Shown here: in pieces, positions 28,991-40,968 of the stretch
Layout: each line of letters starts with the position of its first letter
Position numbering within the stretch: the first letter of the stretch is position 1
DNA from: Candidatus Bathyarchaeota archaeon
GTDB lineage: Archaea > Thermoproteota > Bathyarchaeia > 40CM-2-53-6
NCBI GenBank assembly: GCA_963783645.1
Contig: CAWAOH010000016.1
Location: 141,719-205,718, forward strand
Length of the DNA: 64,000 nt
Reading direction: 5' to 3'
Made by a program: the position numbers and the translations under genes
Notes under the pieces: model-generated
The model's input: the letters and a program-made list of their open reading frames with translations, nothing else
Databases searched by the model: none
What the model was told of the DNA's origin: nothing

Positions 28991-29821
28991 CTAGCCTAGC
29001 GAGAATCGCAATCGTCCTGATTCTACTATGTACCGGGTCACATCAGTGCTACTTGCTTCTTCGACGACTGTCCCGGCCGATTCTGATAGTTTGCTAAGCT
29101 TCGCTAACGCGACCTTGATGAGAAGAACTGCTGGTATCATGCCGTAGTTGAGTGCAGGATCAGATCTAGCTAGAAAGACTCGAACATGAGATAGTTTTCT
29201 CTTCCTAACATAGTCGCTGATAATCTGATCTGCATGAAAAATGCTTTCGAAGTTCTCGAGTAATGGTATTACTTCGATGTGTTTCGGTTTGAATTCCCCA
29301 ATCCAATCGGCTGCGGAAATTGTATCGTCGAAATCTCCAGCATCCGTCTTATGCGCAATTAGAGTTTCATAGAGAGATGCGACTCGAGATAACTCGGCGG
29401 CCGAGGTAGTCATAGGAAGGATTACCTCAAAAATGGGGGGGACATCCTCTGCAGAGTAGAAATTTGAAGCCACATCGTAACTGCGTGGGATCGAAGTCAA
29501 TGCCTCAATCAATGCTTTCTGCTCAGCTTTCTCCACGCTTGGATTTGCAACCCGTATTGTCAGGAATATACCTCTGCCAAGTCGGTGTTTCTTGAAAAAG
29601 GCCGGATAGGCTACAAGTAGCTTCCGAACAACATTGGGATCGGCATCTTTTGCCTCCCAATCCCACATTTGTTCTTGGCATCCGAACTCGGAGAATGCAC
29701 GGTAAGTTTCTTCTACTTCCATATCCCCTGCCAATACTTCGTCTTTGGCCCAATTCGGAGACGCCACGTTGTCAGGGTGTTGGGTTGACATCGTCGCTGG
29801 TATTCGTCGCTCGTCGGTCAT
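28991..29821 (-). pseudogene. ppcA: Archaeal-type phosphoenolpyruvate carboxylase with in-frame internal deletion
   Basis: MSTQHPDN, EQMWDWEAK, FEVILPM, RVFLARSDPALNYG and a family-like end (RLRFSLG), but only 276 aa. Confidence 0.85.
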
Positions 29822-29857
29822 GCTAGCGCCTCAGTGATCCGGATCTATTCAACAACG

Positions 29858-30310
29858 TCATTGCTCGGTCTTCTGTTTATACCTCGAGTATTCTAGACTC
29901 AGTCCACTGAAAGATGCCCACAACTCGAGAACCTCGTACCAGACTCCAATCAGCATCGAGGTCATACCGACGAGGAAGATTATGACGATCACAGCCGGTT
30001 GGAGAGTTCCAGGGAACAGTATTGACACGAGTATAATCAGTGAGAGGGTGAGGAATGAGGAGATGCCGAAGAATAACCCGAACAATGACCATTTCGCGTA
30101 ACGCGCACGCTTGAAGAGCATCTCTAGACTTCTGGCCACTTCAGCATTGTGATCGAGTTTTAACAGTTCACGAGTGCGATCAATAATGCGCCCATATCTT
30201 GTTTGAACTAGTAGACAGAGGAGACCGCCAGTCGAAGATAACACAACGGGAACTAAAGCAGTCTGAACCGGCCCGAGAAGACTCTGCATATCCACCATGA
30301 TAACCACCAA
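29858..30310 (-). CDS. DUF2721-like membrane protein
   Basis: PVVLSSTGGLL..RYGRIIDRTREL and three TMs. Confidence 0.75.
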   Translation of the reverse strand: MVVIMVDMQSLLGPVQTALVPVVLSSTGGLLCLLVQTRYGRIIDRTRELLKLDHNAEVARSLEMLFKRARYAKWSLFGLFFGISSFLTLSLIILVSILFPGTLQPAVIVIIFLVGMTSMLIGVWYEVLELWASFSGLSLEYSRYKQKTEQ

Positions 30311-30399
30311 TAAAGAAACGCCTCTGGGTATCTAGATATTAAGGATAGGAATTGTGCGCTAAATCAGCGGCACCTCGGGAATTATTCTGAGCGATTAGG

Positions 30400-30860
30400 T
30401 CAGAGATGCTTCTTGAACCAGCCGTTTATCTGGCTCAGTCTTTCTGTTCTATGGTTAGGTTTGCCGCTCCGTGAGAGTTCATGATTTTCTTCAGGGAATC
30501 GTAACATCTTAGTTTCTTTTCTAAGCTTTTTCAATGATACGAAGAGTTGCTCTCCCTGTTCGATTGGACATCGATAGTCTTCTTCTGAGTGAATTATCAG
30601 GACCGGGGTCTTGACATTGTGAACGTACGTGATGGGAGAATTCTCAACATAGTGTTGGGATCTTTCCAATGGGACTCCTCTAACCTCTTCCTCCGCAAAG
30701 AAGTAGCCGATGTCGCTGGTTCCGAAGAAACTGGTCCAGTTGCTTATGGACCGTTCCGTCACGGCAGCCTTGAACCTTTCTGTGTGTCCAATAATCCAGT
30801 TCGTCATCCACCTCCATACGACCCCACCCCTCCTAGACGGTTCCCGTGTGCGACACCCGC
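30400..30860 (-). pseudogene. C-terminal fragment of an S9 (prolyl oligopeptidase family) peptidase
   Basis: Damaged RLG..GSYGG then MTNWIIGHT, IIHSEEDYRC, ENHELSRSG. Begins right after the carB stop, with no N-terminal domain. Confidence 0.85.
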
Positions 30861-30865
30861 TGACG

Positions 30866-33800
30866 CTATTCCATAGGTTTCACGTAATCCGTTAATCCTA
30901 GGATCTCCGGCTCCTGGAATCTTAGATATTGTACTGCTTCGACTATCGCGGACGCTAGTTCGATTGTTGTTACTACTGGTATATTGTACTCTACTGCCAA
31001 CCTTCTGATCGCGTATTCGTCGGCCAAGATTCTTTGGTCTACGACAGAATCTCCATTTGCTGGTATGTTGATAACGAGGCTGATCTTACCGTTCAGTAAG
31101 TAATCTGATATGTTAGGCTTCTTGTTATTCTCGCTGATTTTGTGAAGAGTGACTACCCTCCTAATCCCAGCTGCTTGGAGTGTCAGTGAAGTATGTGCCG
31201 TCGCGTACAGTTCGAACCCTAGCGATGCTAAAGCAACTGAGATGGGAACTATACGATTCTTCAGGTCTGGTCCACCAACCGTGATGAGAACTCCACCTTT
31301 CGAAGGAAGCGAAATCTCCGTTGCTTCAAGTGCCTTTGCGAATGCGTCTGAGAAGCTCCTACCTAGACATGCTACCTCTCCCGTACTCATCATCTCTACA
31401 CCTGTAACTGGATCAGCGCCTTGTAATCGAACAAAACTGAATTGTGGAACTTTCACGCTGAAATATGCAAGTTCCGTAGGAATTTTATTCTCGTGATCCA
31501 GCTTGCGCCTTCCTAGAAGGATGGGTACTGCTGTCCTGATTATATTGACCCCGGTTGATTTGCTCACGTAGGGCATCGATCGCGAGGCTCGGACGTTGCA
31601 TTCAATGACATAGACCATATCGCCTTTGGTCATGTACTGTATATTGAACGGGCCACGAATGCCAATTCCTAGTGCAATTTTGCTACTGTAATCACTTACT
31701 TTTTCCAGGATGCTTTTCGGTAGAGTTTTTGATGGCAGACTTATTGTTGCGTCGCCGCTGTGAATGCCAGCGTTCTCTATGTGTTCCATGACGGGACTCA
31801 ACATAACGCTTGTCCCGTCACATACTCCATCAACTTCCACTTCACGTGCATCCAAAACGAACTTGGAAATTACGACTGGGTGCTCGGGAGATATACTTGC
31901 GGCTAGTCGAAGGAATGCTTCAAGCTGTTCATCATTATCTGCGACGCGCATAGCAGAACCTGAGAGCACATAACTAGGTCTGACAAGAACCGGGTAACCG
32001 ACCTGTCTCGCAAAGTTCTTGCAGGCAGAAATCGAAGTTGCTTTTCTCCATTGAGGCTGGGGTATCGCGAGCTTATCAAGTAACGAGCTGAACTTTGCAC
32101 GATCTTCTGCTCGATCGATTGTCCTGCTCGCGGAGCCTAGAATGCGCACACCCCGTTTCGCTAATTGAGGAGCAAGGGTGTTAGCAATCTGGCCGCCCAC
32201 ACACACCACAACTCCGTACGGCAACTCCTTCTCACATATGTCGAGTACTCTCTCAAGAGTTAATTCCTCGAAGTAGAGTTTGTCACAACTATCGTAGTCC
32301 GTAGAAACCGTTTCGGGGTTGTAGTTGACGAGAATTGTTTCTTCGATGCCATTCTCCTTGAGCGCCTTAACGGCGTTTACTGCGCTCCAATCGAATTCAA
32401 CGCTTGATCCGATATGAAAAACTCCGGAGCCCAGCACAATGACTTTTTTTCGCAATTGAAATTCAATTTCATCATCCTCTCCTCCGTATGTTACGTAGAG
32501 ATAGTTAGTTCTAGCAGGCCATTCTGCAGCAAGCGTATCAATCTGTTTCACGACGGGGTTGATGCGGTTCTTTGCCCGGAATTCCCTGATTGAGAATTCA
32601 TCAGTTCCGTTGCAGATGGCGATTTGCTTATCCGAAAAACCCAGTTCTTTTGCGTGTCGTACTAGCGCCGCAGCGATTCCGTGATTGAGGTTGATTGCTC
32701 GAAGTGTGTGTTCAGTTTCAACAACGTGTTCTAGCTTGTGGATAAACCATGGATCGATTCCCGTCAATTCATGAATTTCGTTAACGGTCAATCCGTTCTG
32801 CAGGCTCCTAAGAATGAAAAAAAGGCGGTCGTCCGTGGGGTTCATCAATTGTTCCCGTATCGCTTCTTTGCTGTAATTTTGTTCTCTCCGGATTGCAAAC
32901 TAATCCTAGCTTTCCGATGTTCAGCATTCGGACGGCTTTCTGAAGTGCTTCTTCGAATGACCGGCCGATCGACATCACTTCACCCACCGACTTCATCTGC
33001 GGGCCAATGTGCGGGTCAATGTTCCTGAATTTGCCAAGATCCCAGCGGGGGATTTTGACAACGCAGTAGTCTAAGGCTGGCTCGAAGCATGCGGTTGTTA
33101 TGTTCGTTATCTTATTCCATAATTCTGGTAAATTGTAGCCAATGGCGAGTTTGGCTGCGATGTATGCGAGTGGATATCCAGTTGCTTTGCTGGCTAAGGC
33201 TGAGCTCCTGGACATTCTAGCGTTGACTTCAATGGCTCTAATTTCTTCGCTGTGTGGGTCTAGAGCCCATTGAATGTTGCATTCTCCGACGACGCCGAGG
33301 CTTCGAATAGCGTTTATTGATGCCGCGCGAAGTTTGTGGTATTCTCTGTTCGTTAGCGTTTGGGATGGTGCGACAACGATTGAGTCACCTGTGTGTATGC
33401 CCATGGGGTCGAAGTTTTCCATGTTGCACACTGTGATGCAATTGTCGGCTGTGTCCCTAACGACTTCATACTCGATTTCCTTCCAGTGGTGCAGGTACTC
33501 CTCAACGAGAACTTGGTGTATGACGCTCTGTGCTAATGCTGAATCGGCGACCCGACTCATTTGAGCTTCGTCCTTAACAATAGCGGAGCCTTTTCCACCC
33601 AAAGCAAATGCGACTCGAATTATTACCGGGTAACCTATCTGCCGCGCCGCAACTAAACACTCTTCAAGAGACTTCGCTGAGATGCTTTTGGGAATCGGAG
33701 TTCCAGACCTGTTCATAGCTTGCTTGAAGAGCTCTCTGTCCTCCGTCTCCTGGATCGTTCGAACAGGTGTACCCAGCACTTTGACATCATATTCCTCTAG

Positions 33801-34124
33801 GATCCCTCTCTTTGCCAGCTCCACGCCACAATTGAGTGCGGTTTGTCCGCCAAAGCTCAGTAGAATACTGTCCGGTTTTTCCTTGATTATTACACGCTCA
33901 ACGTATTCTGGTGTCACAGGGAGAAGGTAGATTTTTACTCCAGGCTTCGGGTCCGTTTGAACGGTGGCAATGTTCGGGTTGACCAGAACGGTCTCAATGC
34001 CTTCTTCACCCAATGCCTTGAGACATTGTGAGCCGCTGTAATCGAATTCAGCGGCCTCGCCTATCTTGACTGCACCGCTGCCAAGAAGAAGTGTCTTTCG
34101 AATGCATTCATGACGAGGCATCAT
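30866..34124 (-). CDS. carB: Carbamoyl-phosphate synthase large subunit; frameshift near 32885
   Basis: [51 protein letters not shown], second ATP-grasp, MGS domain, split over two overlapping ORFs. Confidence 0.95.
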
Positions 34125-35271
34125 GAATCACCTTATTGACGAAGAAATCGAAAATGAACTCAGTATCTGTGGGTCCCGGTGAAGCTTCCGGATGCCACTG
34201 AACTCCCCAAAACGGTTTCTTTGGATGTCTGATTCCTTCAATCGATCTGTCGTTTGCGTTAACGAACCAAACCTCCAGTCCGGCGTTTTCCAGCTGCGCC
34301 TTGTCGACCGCGTATCCGTGGTTTTGAGTCGTGATGTAGCATCTGCCAGTGTCAACGTCGATGACTGGTTGATTCTGAGAGCGATGGCCGTACTTCATCT
34401 TGTATGTGTCCGCACCTTCGGCAAGGGCTATCAGCTGGGTTCCTAGACAAATTCCAAGTGTTGGCATGTCGCATCCGATGAGTTCTTGAATTGTATTGAT
34501 TGTGGACGTGCACGTCTTTGGGTTACCTGGACCATTGCTGACAACGACACCAGCTGGTTCAATATTCAGTATTTCACTAGCCTTGGCATCGTGCGGCATT
34601 CTGACAACGGTAAGATTCCGCTTCAGCAGGTTTCTTATGATACTGTTTTTGACGCCGCAATCGATTAACGCGATTCGATTCGGACGTCCTTCGCAATAGG
34701 TGACTGGCTCGTGAACTGAAACTTGTCCCACCAGATCGAGTTTGTTCGGATCATCAATCTTCCTGTTTGACTCGCGGTCAACATCATCAGCGCCAATCCT
34801 GCCCAGCATTACGCCTTTCTCGCGTAAGACTCTCGCAAGTCGTCGAGTGTCCACTCCATAAATGCCGGGAATCTTTTCTGTCCGAAGCCATTCGTCCAAA
34901 CTTCGGATGCTTTGCCAGTGACTTGGACTCTTGCATATTTCATGAACAACTAAGCCGCGAACTTGTATACAGTCGGATTCAAAAAATGCAGGCAACTCAT
35001 GCGGAGCGGCCTCATAGCTTGGAACTCCATAATTCCCGACTAGAGGATATGTGAGGCAGAGTATTTGGCCTCGGTAGGAAGGGTCTGTTAATGCCTCGGG
35101 ATATCCGACCATCGATGTCGAGAAGACTGTTTCCCCTTCCGTAGGCTCCTCCGCACCAAACGAGAACCCTTGGAACGTTGTCCCGTCTTGGAGTGTTAGG
35201 AAACGCGTTTTTCGTTCCGTGATTTCTCGAAGGATATCCGGCTTCTTAGCGATCTCTGACTTTTGTTGCAT
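34108..35271 (-). CDS. carA: Carbamoyl-phosphate synthase small subunit
   Basis: [38 protein letters not shown]. Confidence 0.96.
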   Translation of the reverse strand: MQQKSEIAKKPDILREITERKTRFLTLQDGTTFQGFSFGAEEPTEGETVFSTSMVGYPEALTDPSYRGQILCLTYPLVGNYGVPSYEAAPHELPAFFESDCIQVRGLVVHEICKSPSHWQSIRSLDEWLRTEKIPGIYGVDTRRLARVLREKGVMLGRIGADDVDRESNRKIDDPNKLDLVGQVSVHEPVTYCEGRPNRIALIDCGVKNSIIRNLLKRNLTVVRMPHDAKASEILNIEPAGVVVSNGPGNPKTCTSTINTIQELIGCDMPTLGICLGTQLIALAEGADTYKMKYGHRSQNQPVIDVDTGRCYITTQNHGYAVDKAQLENAGLEVWFVNANDRSIEGIRHPKKPFWGVQWHPEASPGPTDTEFIFDFFVNKVIHDASS

Positions 35272-35280
35272 GTCGATTGT

Positions 35281-35301
35281 CCTCCCGAGCGCACTGGGAG
35301 G
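35281..35301 (-). promoter_or_regulatory. Hairpin sequestering the carA Shine-Dalgarno
   Basis: Minus strand reads CCTCCC-AGTGCGCTC-GGGAGG-ACAATCGAC-ATG. Confidence 0.45.
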
Positions 35302-35472
35302 CTTCGAGAACCCTTCTTGAGAAAGGCGTAGGAGAGTATTTGATGCTTACGCAATAATCGGTTCTCGTGTGCCGTGCGCTGGGATTATCTCCTTCCTTTC
35401 TATGAGAGACCGCCTTAAATATACAAGCACGAGGCTAAGGTTTGCTTCTGCGCGAAACCTCGTATCAATGAG

Positions 35473-37053
35473 ATGAATTATGTATTGTTGGATGAGCATC
35501 CTGATCGGATGGAGGAAAAGATAAGAAAATTACGTGAGCTGAGTGAGAAAGCAACCCTCGGAGGCGGCAAAGAACGCATAGAAGAGCAACATGCGCAGGG
35601 AAAGCTTACCGCCCGTGAGAGACTGGACATACTCGTCGATTCGGGCAGTTTCGTTGAGACAGATCGCTTCGCCCTGCATCAATCTCACAATTTTGACATG
35701 CAGAAAAATAGGATTCTGGGAGATGGCGTTGTTACCGGCCACGCTAAAATCGACGGGCGCCAGGTATTCGTATTCGCGCACGACTTCACCGTGTTTGGTG
35801 GATCGGTTGGTGAGACCTTCGCGGAGAAGGTCTGTAAGATAATGGACCAAGCGATGAAGGTTGGCGCACCCATCATAGGACTTAACGACTCCGGAGGAGC
35901 AAGGATACAGGAAGGCGTGGCAGGGCTGGGCGGGTTCGCAGAAATATTCTATCGCAATGTAATGGCTAGTGGGGTTGTTCCCCAGATTTCCGTGATTATG
36001 GGTCCGTGCGCTGGCGGAGCGGTCTATTCTCCAGCGATAACAGATTTCGTCATAATGGTTGACAAGAAAAGTCACATGTTTGTGACAGGCCCCAATGTTG
36101 TGAAAGCAGTTCTTAACGAAACAGTCAGCTTCGAAGATCTCGGAGGAGCCGCAGTTCACGCTCAGATCACGGGAGTCTCACACTTCTTGGCTCCCGATGA
36201 ACATGCGGCATTAGGACTGGTCAAACAACTGTTGTCATATCTCCCCTCAAATAACCTCGAGGATCCGCCAGTAGTAAAAACAGGTGATTCTCCAGACCGC
36301 GTCGTAGAGGGCCTTTTCTCGATCGTACCCTCCGATCCGTATAGGACCTACGATATGAAAGAGATCATCACACGAGTAGTAGATTTCGGAACGTTCCTGG
36401 AAGTTCATGCTCACTGGGCACAAAATATCATCGTAGGATTTGCACGGCTAGATGGTGAAACTATCGGAGTAATAGCAAACCAGCCTCTACACTCCGCTGG
36501 AGCCTTGGATGGCAATGCTTCAGTTAAGGCGGCTCGATTCATCAGATTCTGTGACGCGTTCAGTATTCCTATCGTTTGCCTTGTCGATATCCCCGGTTTC
36601 CTTCCCGGAATAGATCAAGAGCACAGTGGGATAATCAGACATGGCGCGAAACTTCTCTACGCTTACTGTGATGCCACCGTGCCGAAACTCACAGTGATTG
36701 TTCACAAGGCGTACGGTGGAGCCTACGATGTTCTCGGAAGTAAGCACATCCGAGGCGACTTCAACTTCGCGTGGCCAAGTGCCGAAATCGCCGTGATGGG
36801 ACCTGAAGCGGCCGTCGAAATCTTGTACCGTAAAGAAATCGCGGAAGCATCTGATCCGTCTCGCGTCCGCAGCAAACTAGTGTCGGAGTATCGCGAACTG
36901 TTCTCAAACCCGTACATTGCCGCGGAACGCGGCTACGTTGACGACGTCATCGAGCCCAACCAAACACGCGTAAGGCTAATTCAGGCTCTGGAGGCTTCAC
37001 GAAATAAGAGAGAACTGAGACCGTCAAGGAAACACGGCAACATGCCTCAATGA
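35473..37053 (+). CDS. pccB: Acyl-CoA (propionyl/methylmalonyl-CoA type) carboxyltransferase subunit
   Basis: GKLTARER, DSGGARIQEG, CAGGAVYSPA, GFLPG..QE, KAYGGAY, KHGNMP. Confidence 0.92.
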   Translation: MNYVLLDEHPDRMEEKIRKLRELSEKATLGGGKERIEEQHAQGKLTARERLDILVDSGSFVETDRFALHQSHNFDMQKNRILGDGVVTGHAKIDGRQVFVFAHDFTVFGGSVGETFAEKVCKIMDQAMKVGAPIIGLNDSGGARIQEGVAGLGGFAEIFYRNVMASGVVPQISVIMGPCAGGAVYSPAITDFVIMVDKKSHMFVTGPNVVKAVLNETVSFEDLGGAAVHAQITGVSHFLAPDEHAALGLVKQLLSYLPSNNLEDPPVVKTGDSPDRVVEGLFSIVPSDPYRTYDMKEIITRVVDFGTFLEVHAHWAQNIIVGFARLDGETIGVIANQPLHSAGALDGNASVKAARFIRFCDAFSIPIVCLVDIPGFLPGIDQEHSGIIRHGAKLLYAYCDATVPKLTVIVHKAYGGAYDVLGSKHIRGDFNFAWPSAEIAVMGPEAAVEILYRKEIAEASDPSRVRSKLVSEYRELFSNPYIAAERGYVDDVIEPNQTRVRLIQALEASRNKRELRPSRKHGNMPQ

Positions 37054-37312
37054 CACGTGTGTATGCTTCATAGCGGCTAAAGCAATTTACTGGAGCACCA
37101 ATCCTGCTAAATGGACATGACGTCCTGAAGGCACTAGCCAGATAATTGCAGTATTCTGACGCCATCTTCAACGCGATGGCGAGGATTCCAAGTCCGCCGA
37201 AGGCTGTGTATGGGTAGACAGATGAACAAGACTGTCATTCTGACATTCTGTGCTTGCGTATCTATAATGTGTGTGCATTGAAGTAGTGTCGATCAATCAT
37301 TTTTCTTGGTGG

Positions 37313-37831
37313 TCATTCTCTGATTATGCGATTTCCACTGGGCCACCGTCGTAAATCTAACATCTCAACGAAAGTTCTTCTCTTGTCTGCGTACCGTGCT
37401 GCCTACCGCTATCCCTCCACTGATCAGTACCAGATTCTTAATGACAAACTCACCGTCCGCGGTTAAGAATAGCGGATTTCCGTTTTGGAATGCTAGGTCA
37501 GGCCGTACCACAAGCAATAGGAAAGTGCCGCGAGATGAAGCCACAGGAGTAACAGCGTGAAGCGCAGACCGTAGCCAATCACTAACCCAAATCCCAAAAC
37601 TACTTCAAAAACTCCCACCAGGGGCACTGACAATGTCGACGGAACCCAACTAATCACAGCCGTCACCAAATTGGCGACTGGAGTTACGCCGATAGCTTTT
37701 AGCAAACCGAACCAAATGAAGACTACCCCCAAAGAAATTCGGAGCAAACCTAACCCATGAGTTGTCATAACCTGTATAGCTCGTTGGTCCGCACGATCCA
37801 AAAAAACAACCAAACGCTGAATGACAGGCAA
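37313..37831 (-). CDS. DoxX/DUF417-like membrane protein; frameshift near 37530
   Basis: LRISLGVVFIWFGLLK; shifted frame continues GTFLLLVVRPDLAF..LTADGEFVIKNLVLI. Confidence 0.8.
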
Positions 37832-38139
37832 CTTGTCCTAGCCCAATTCTGCATCGCCCATGATTTTGTTAAAGTAGCAGCGATCTGACTTGCAAGCTTG
37901 GGAGCGTAACTCCAAACATAAATATACCATACGTCATAGAAATATCGAATTTTACTTCAAATTACAAAATCCAAGGAACAAACACATAACCAAAGTTTCC
38001 CAAACTGATTCATTAGCGGTGGATTAAGCCCCGCTAGACCACTAAATCCCTAAAACCTCACCAAAATAAGACACTAGGAAGTAGGTACGGATAATTTCAC
38101 ATTCATTAACGGGGTGTAGGGAATGGATAGGATGAAGGT

Positions 38140-38493
38140 TTGAGTATGAATGAGTTCTTTCAATCGATAATTGATCGCCTACAAAACAGCGCGAGCGTTA
38201 AGACGGTGTATGGAGAACCGACGGAAGTGAAGGGTAGAACGATAATTCCTGTTGCGAAGGTCGCCTACGCCTTCTGCTCGTCAACGCCTAGCCGACAGGA
38301 GTCTGACGGGCAGGGACACAACCGAGGTGGAGGCGCGATCGCAGTAAAACCTACTGGTATAATCGAGATAACTCAAGACGCCGGCACACGGTTTATCCCA
38401 TTCAAAGACACTGAGAAACTAATCGGAATGCTGTTGCTTGGACTGATGTTGGGTGCCATCGTAAGCGGAAGACGCTCGAGAAGACGAGACTAG
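38140..38493 (+). CDS. YtfJ/GerW-family protein
   Basis: ASVKTVYGEP..TIIPVAKV..GGG..VKPTG. Confidence 0.8.
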   Translation: MSMNEFFQSIIDRLQNSASVKTVYGEPTEVKGRTIIPVAKVAYAFCSSTPSRQESDGQGHNRGGGAIAVKPTGIIEITQDAGTRFIPFKDTEKLIGMLLLGLMLGAIVSGRRSRRRD

Positions 38494-38614
38494 GAATGGT
38501 CCGCAAATGGCTGTGACTCCGAAGAAGCTCCGCTAGTAAAATGTCAAAATCCCACGCCTCTCTGAAGATCCCAAAGATTTGTCAGGGAAGTCGTGACCGT
38601 TCAGGGGTGGTAAC

Positions 38615-39109
38615 TTAGACTGATCCCTCCAAACCTAGAACCACAGATAATTCGATCTGCCGTTCGGGTATATTCCAGTATTTCCTAAGCAACTCATTCT
38701 TGTTTGGTAGAAGTTCGAAACCATTTTTCTCATAGAACTTTATCGCCCAAGCAGCAGCTCCCCACGTCCCGACAAGTATTCGGCGCGTCTTCGCCATATG
38801 GATCACATGCTCGAGAAGTTTCTTTCCGATACCACGCCGTTGGTATTCCGGGAGCAAATACAAATGCCTGACCAAGGTTACGTCTTTGACTGGTTGGTAA
38901 CCCACAACCCCAAGTATTCCGTTCTCTTCGTACGCCAAGAAGGTCATCTCATCCATTTCTTTGCGAAGTTTGTTCAGTGGCATGTACGGTTCATGATAGC
39001 GATCGGTTGGGATTACACTTCGATATGCTTTGGCGGACTCGTTAATGATGGTGAGAATTGTTGTTTGATCATCCTGACCGCAAGTCCTGATGGTATAACT
39101 GAGGTTCAT
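38615..39109 (-). CDS. GNAT acetyltransferase
   Basis: YLLPEYQRRGIGKKLL, AIKFYEKNGF. Confidence 0.9.
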   Translation of the reverse strand: MNLSYTIRTCGQDDQTTILTIINESAKAYRSVIPTDRYHEPYMPLNKLRKEMDEMTFLAYEENGILGVVGYQPVKDVTLVRHLYLLPEYQRRGIGKKLLEHVIHMAKTRRILVGTWGAAAWAIKFYEKNGFELLPNKNELLRKYWNIPERQIELSVVLGLEGSV

Positions 39110-39363
39110 TGAATCAGCCCCTCAGCCCAGTTTTGTGCTGAGCGCAAGTATGACTCTATTTGACTCGTTGAGCTATAGGCGTTTGAACCCGTCTTAACAA
39201 CCTTACCGTTTGGAAGAACCACTTCGAGTTTCAACACATAGTCGTGGGGGAAATTGGCAGTTGAGCGACGGATTGTATTTTGCGCACCATTAGATACGCA
39301 CACCACCACACCCACCACCAAGATTCTCACTATCTCTGAGTTGGGGGCATTGGCACGTTTCAA
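39106..39363 (-). pseudogene. Fragment of FAD-linked oxidoreductase (GlcD-like)
   Basis: DYVLKLEVVLPNGKVVKTG motif only. Confidence 0.55.
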
Positions 39364-39387
39364 CTGACGGCGATCAGCGGATGAAGT

Positions 39388-39618
39388 TCAATCCATGGCA
39401 ACCGTTGTAATGGTCGAACGTACGCCGTTAAGCCGTCTTATCTTCCATGTGACGATCTCTTTCAGCCCATCCATTGAATCGGCTTCGACTTTTGCAATCA
39501 CGTCGTAGATTCCGTAAAGTCGGTGGCACTCCTTCACATTTGGAACTTTGCGGACTTCTCCCAGTACCTTCTCTTCCGAGCCCGTCTCTACGTTTATCAG
39601 AACATAGCACAGAGTCAT
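39388..39618 (-). CDS. Stand-alone Lrp/AsnC ligand-binding (RAM) domain
   Basis: YVLINVETGSE..YGIYDVIAKVE..KIRRLNGVRSTIT. Confidence 0.88.
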   Translation of the reverse strand: MTLCYVLINVETGSEEKVLGEVRKVPNVKECHRLYGIYDVIAKVEADSMDGLKEIVTWKIRRLNGVRSTITTVAMD

Positions 39619-40091
39619 AACGGAGCCTCATCGATCCTACATGTGCAACGCACGGCTAAAAGCTTCCCCAACATAGTATCGTTCTAGTTGTTGGGCTTTA
39701 ATCAGTCTCTTGGCATAATCTTTGAACTTCTCACATTCTCTCTTTCTTTCGTAGCCTTCCTTGAGTACAAGCCCGACAGGAAAAACTGAGAGGTTGCGTG
39801 CCGACCCTATCCCTGCATGAAAACAAAAGATTGAGTTTTCTAGTATCATCAGGCCTTGGGGCAGTACTGCTGATGGTTAAGACCAATGCTCCAGCTCGTG
39901 GCAAAATTAGGGAAAGCGGCATGCCGTTAGAATTGATGGAGCTTGAAGTGCAGCTTCTGGTTAACGGTGAAGTAAATTTTGAATCGCATGCTCATAGACT
40001 CACGGGTGTTGATGCTGTGAACTTCGCATGTCCGGTGGGCTCGTGGAATCCCAAGAACTGGAGTCACCGTCACCGGCGCTCGAGAAGTTCT

Positions 40092-40442
40092 TCATGAGTC
40101 CTTCTTGTCACTCACCCACTTTTTGGAAAATGTCTCCAAATCTTGCTTTAGATAAGCGACTAACAATTGCCGATAAATCCTAGCTGCCGTTTCGTACTCT
40201 CTCATCTTTTCCTTTCCGAGCAAAACTCCTACAGCCTTTGCCATGGCGGGAAGAAAATAGGGTGCAAGATACATCATTCTTTTTGGGACTATTCTTTTGT
40301 TTTGCAAAACATTCTTGAATGGTTGTATCAGTTTTGGATATCTCATTGAAATAGAGTAAACTTTTCCCGAAAAAATTGGAATACAATACTCGATCTCCCT
40401 CATTACTTCTTCTCTTGCTCTTTGTGAAAAATGATCTAACAT
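40092..40442 (-). CDS. AT-rich hypothetical protein, probably a 3' fragment
   Basis: 116-aa ORF; no recognised motif. Confidence 0.4.
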   Translation of the reverse strand: MLDHFSQRAREEVMREIEYCIPIFSGKVYSISMRYPKLIQPFKNVLQNKRIVPKRMMYLAPYFLPAMAKAVGVLLGKEKMREYETAARIYRQLLVAYLKQDLETFSKKWVSDKKDS

Positions 40443-40615
40443 CTCTTATTCACCATGCAACCTTTTCGACATTCAAGCCATTGAAGGAAGCGGACGAAAC
40501 GTCTCTCGTATTGAAGCGATGTTTCTTCGGCTCTAACGGATTCACGGAATGTCTTCACGGATTCGCCAACGAGATAGGGGACTCTCGACTTTGACAATCG
40601 CATTCTTTCTCTCAT
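40436..40615 (-). pseudogene. Possible N-terminal stub of a tyrosine recombinase/integrase
   Basis: Manual translation ..FRESVRAEETSLQYERRFVRFLQWL.. resembles the core-binding N-terminus of TACK integrases. No catalytic domain follows. Confidence 0.45.
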
Positions 40616-40641
40616 TATGAGGGCAATATGTTAGCGCCGGT

Positions 40642-40968
40642 TCAAGTCAACAACTGGTTAATCTCGCGCCTGCAACCCTTGATTTTGCGTGCCCCAACGA
40701 ACCTCTTGATCGCTTTGCCATGCGAGAAGATTAGCAGTGTTGGAATGCTGATTACTTGATAGCGATCTGTGATATCCTGGTTTTCATCAACGTTGAGTCT
40801 AGCAAAAGTCATCTTCCCGCGATACTGTTCAGCCAGTCTATCAATTAACTGATCTACAGCTATGCATGGAACACACCAGTCTGCGTAAAAGTCTACTGCC
40901 AGAGGTATTTTAGAGCTAAGCGTTTGCTTGAAGGTTGCCGATTTCAATTCAACGAGTCGTTCACCCAT
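40642..40968 (-). CDS. trxA: Thioredoxin
   Basis: VDFYADWCVPC, LNVDEN, SIPTL. Confidence 0.88.
   Translation of the reverse strand: MGERLVELKSATFKQTLSSKIPLAVDFYADWCVPCIAVDQLIDRLAEQYRGKMTFARLNVDENQDITDRYQVISIPTLLIFSHGKAIKRFVGARKIKGCRREINQLLT

Noticed and set aside
28963..35416. Shared 11-mer GAGACCGCCTT in two intergenic regions (near 28963 and 35406)
   Set aside because: An 11-nt pair match is expected by chance in 64 kb.
8440..37053. Autotrophic 3-hydroxypropionate/4-hydroxybutyrate cycle
   Set aside because: Carboxylase and mutase are shared with catabolism, and no 4-hydroxybutyryl-CoA dehydratase or malonyl-CoA reductase is present here.
37160..37181. Hairpin CGCCATC-N8-GATGGCG as a regulatory RNA
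   Set aside because: An isolated 7-bp stem between convergent genes with no further support.
39637..40090. Stop-codon readthrough gene with a CHELEH motif
   Set aside because: Interrupted by both TAA and TGA stops, so it is decayed or noncoding rather than recoded.
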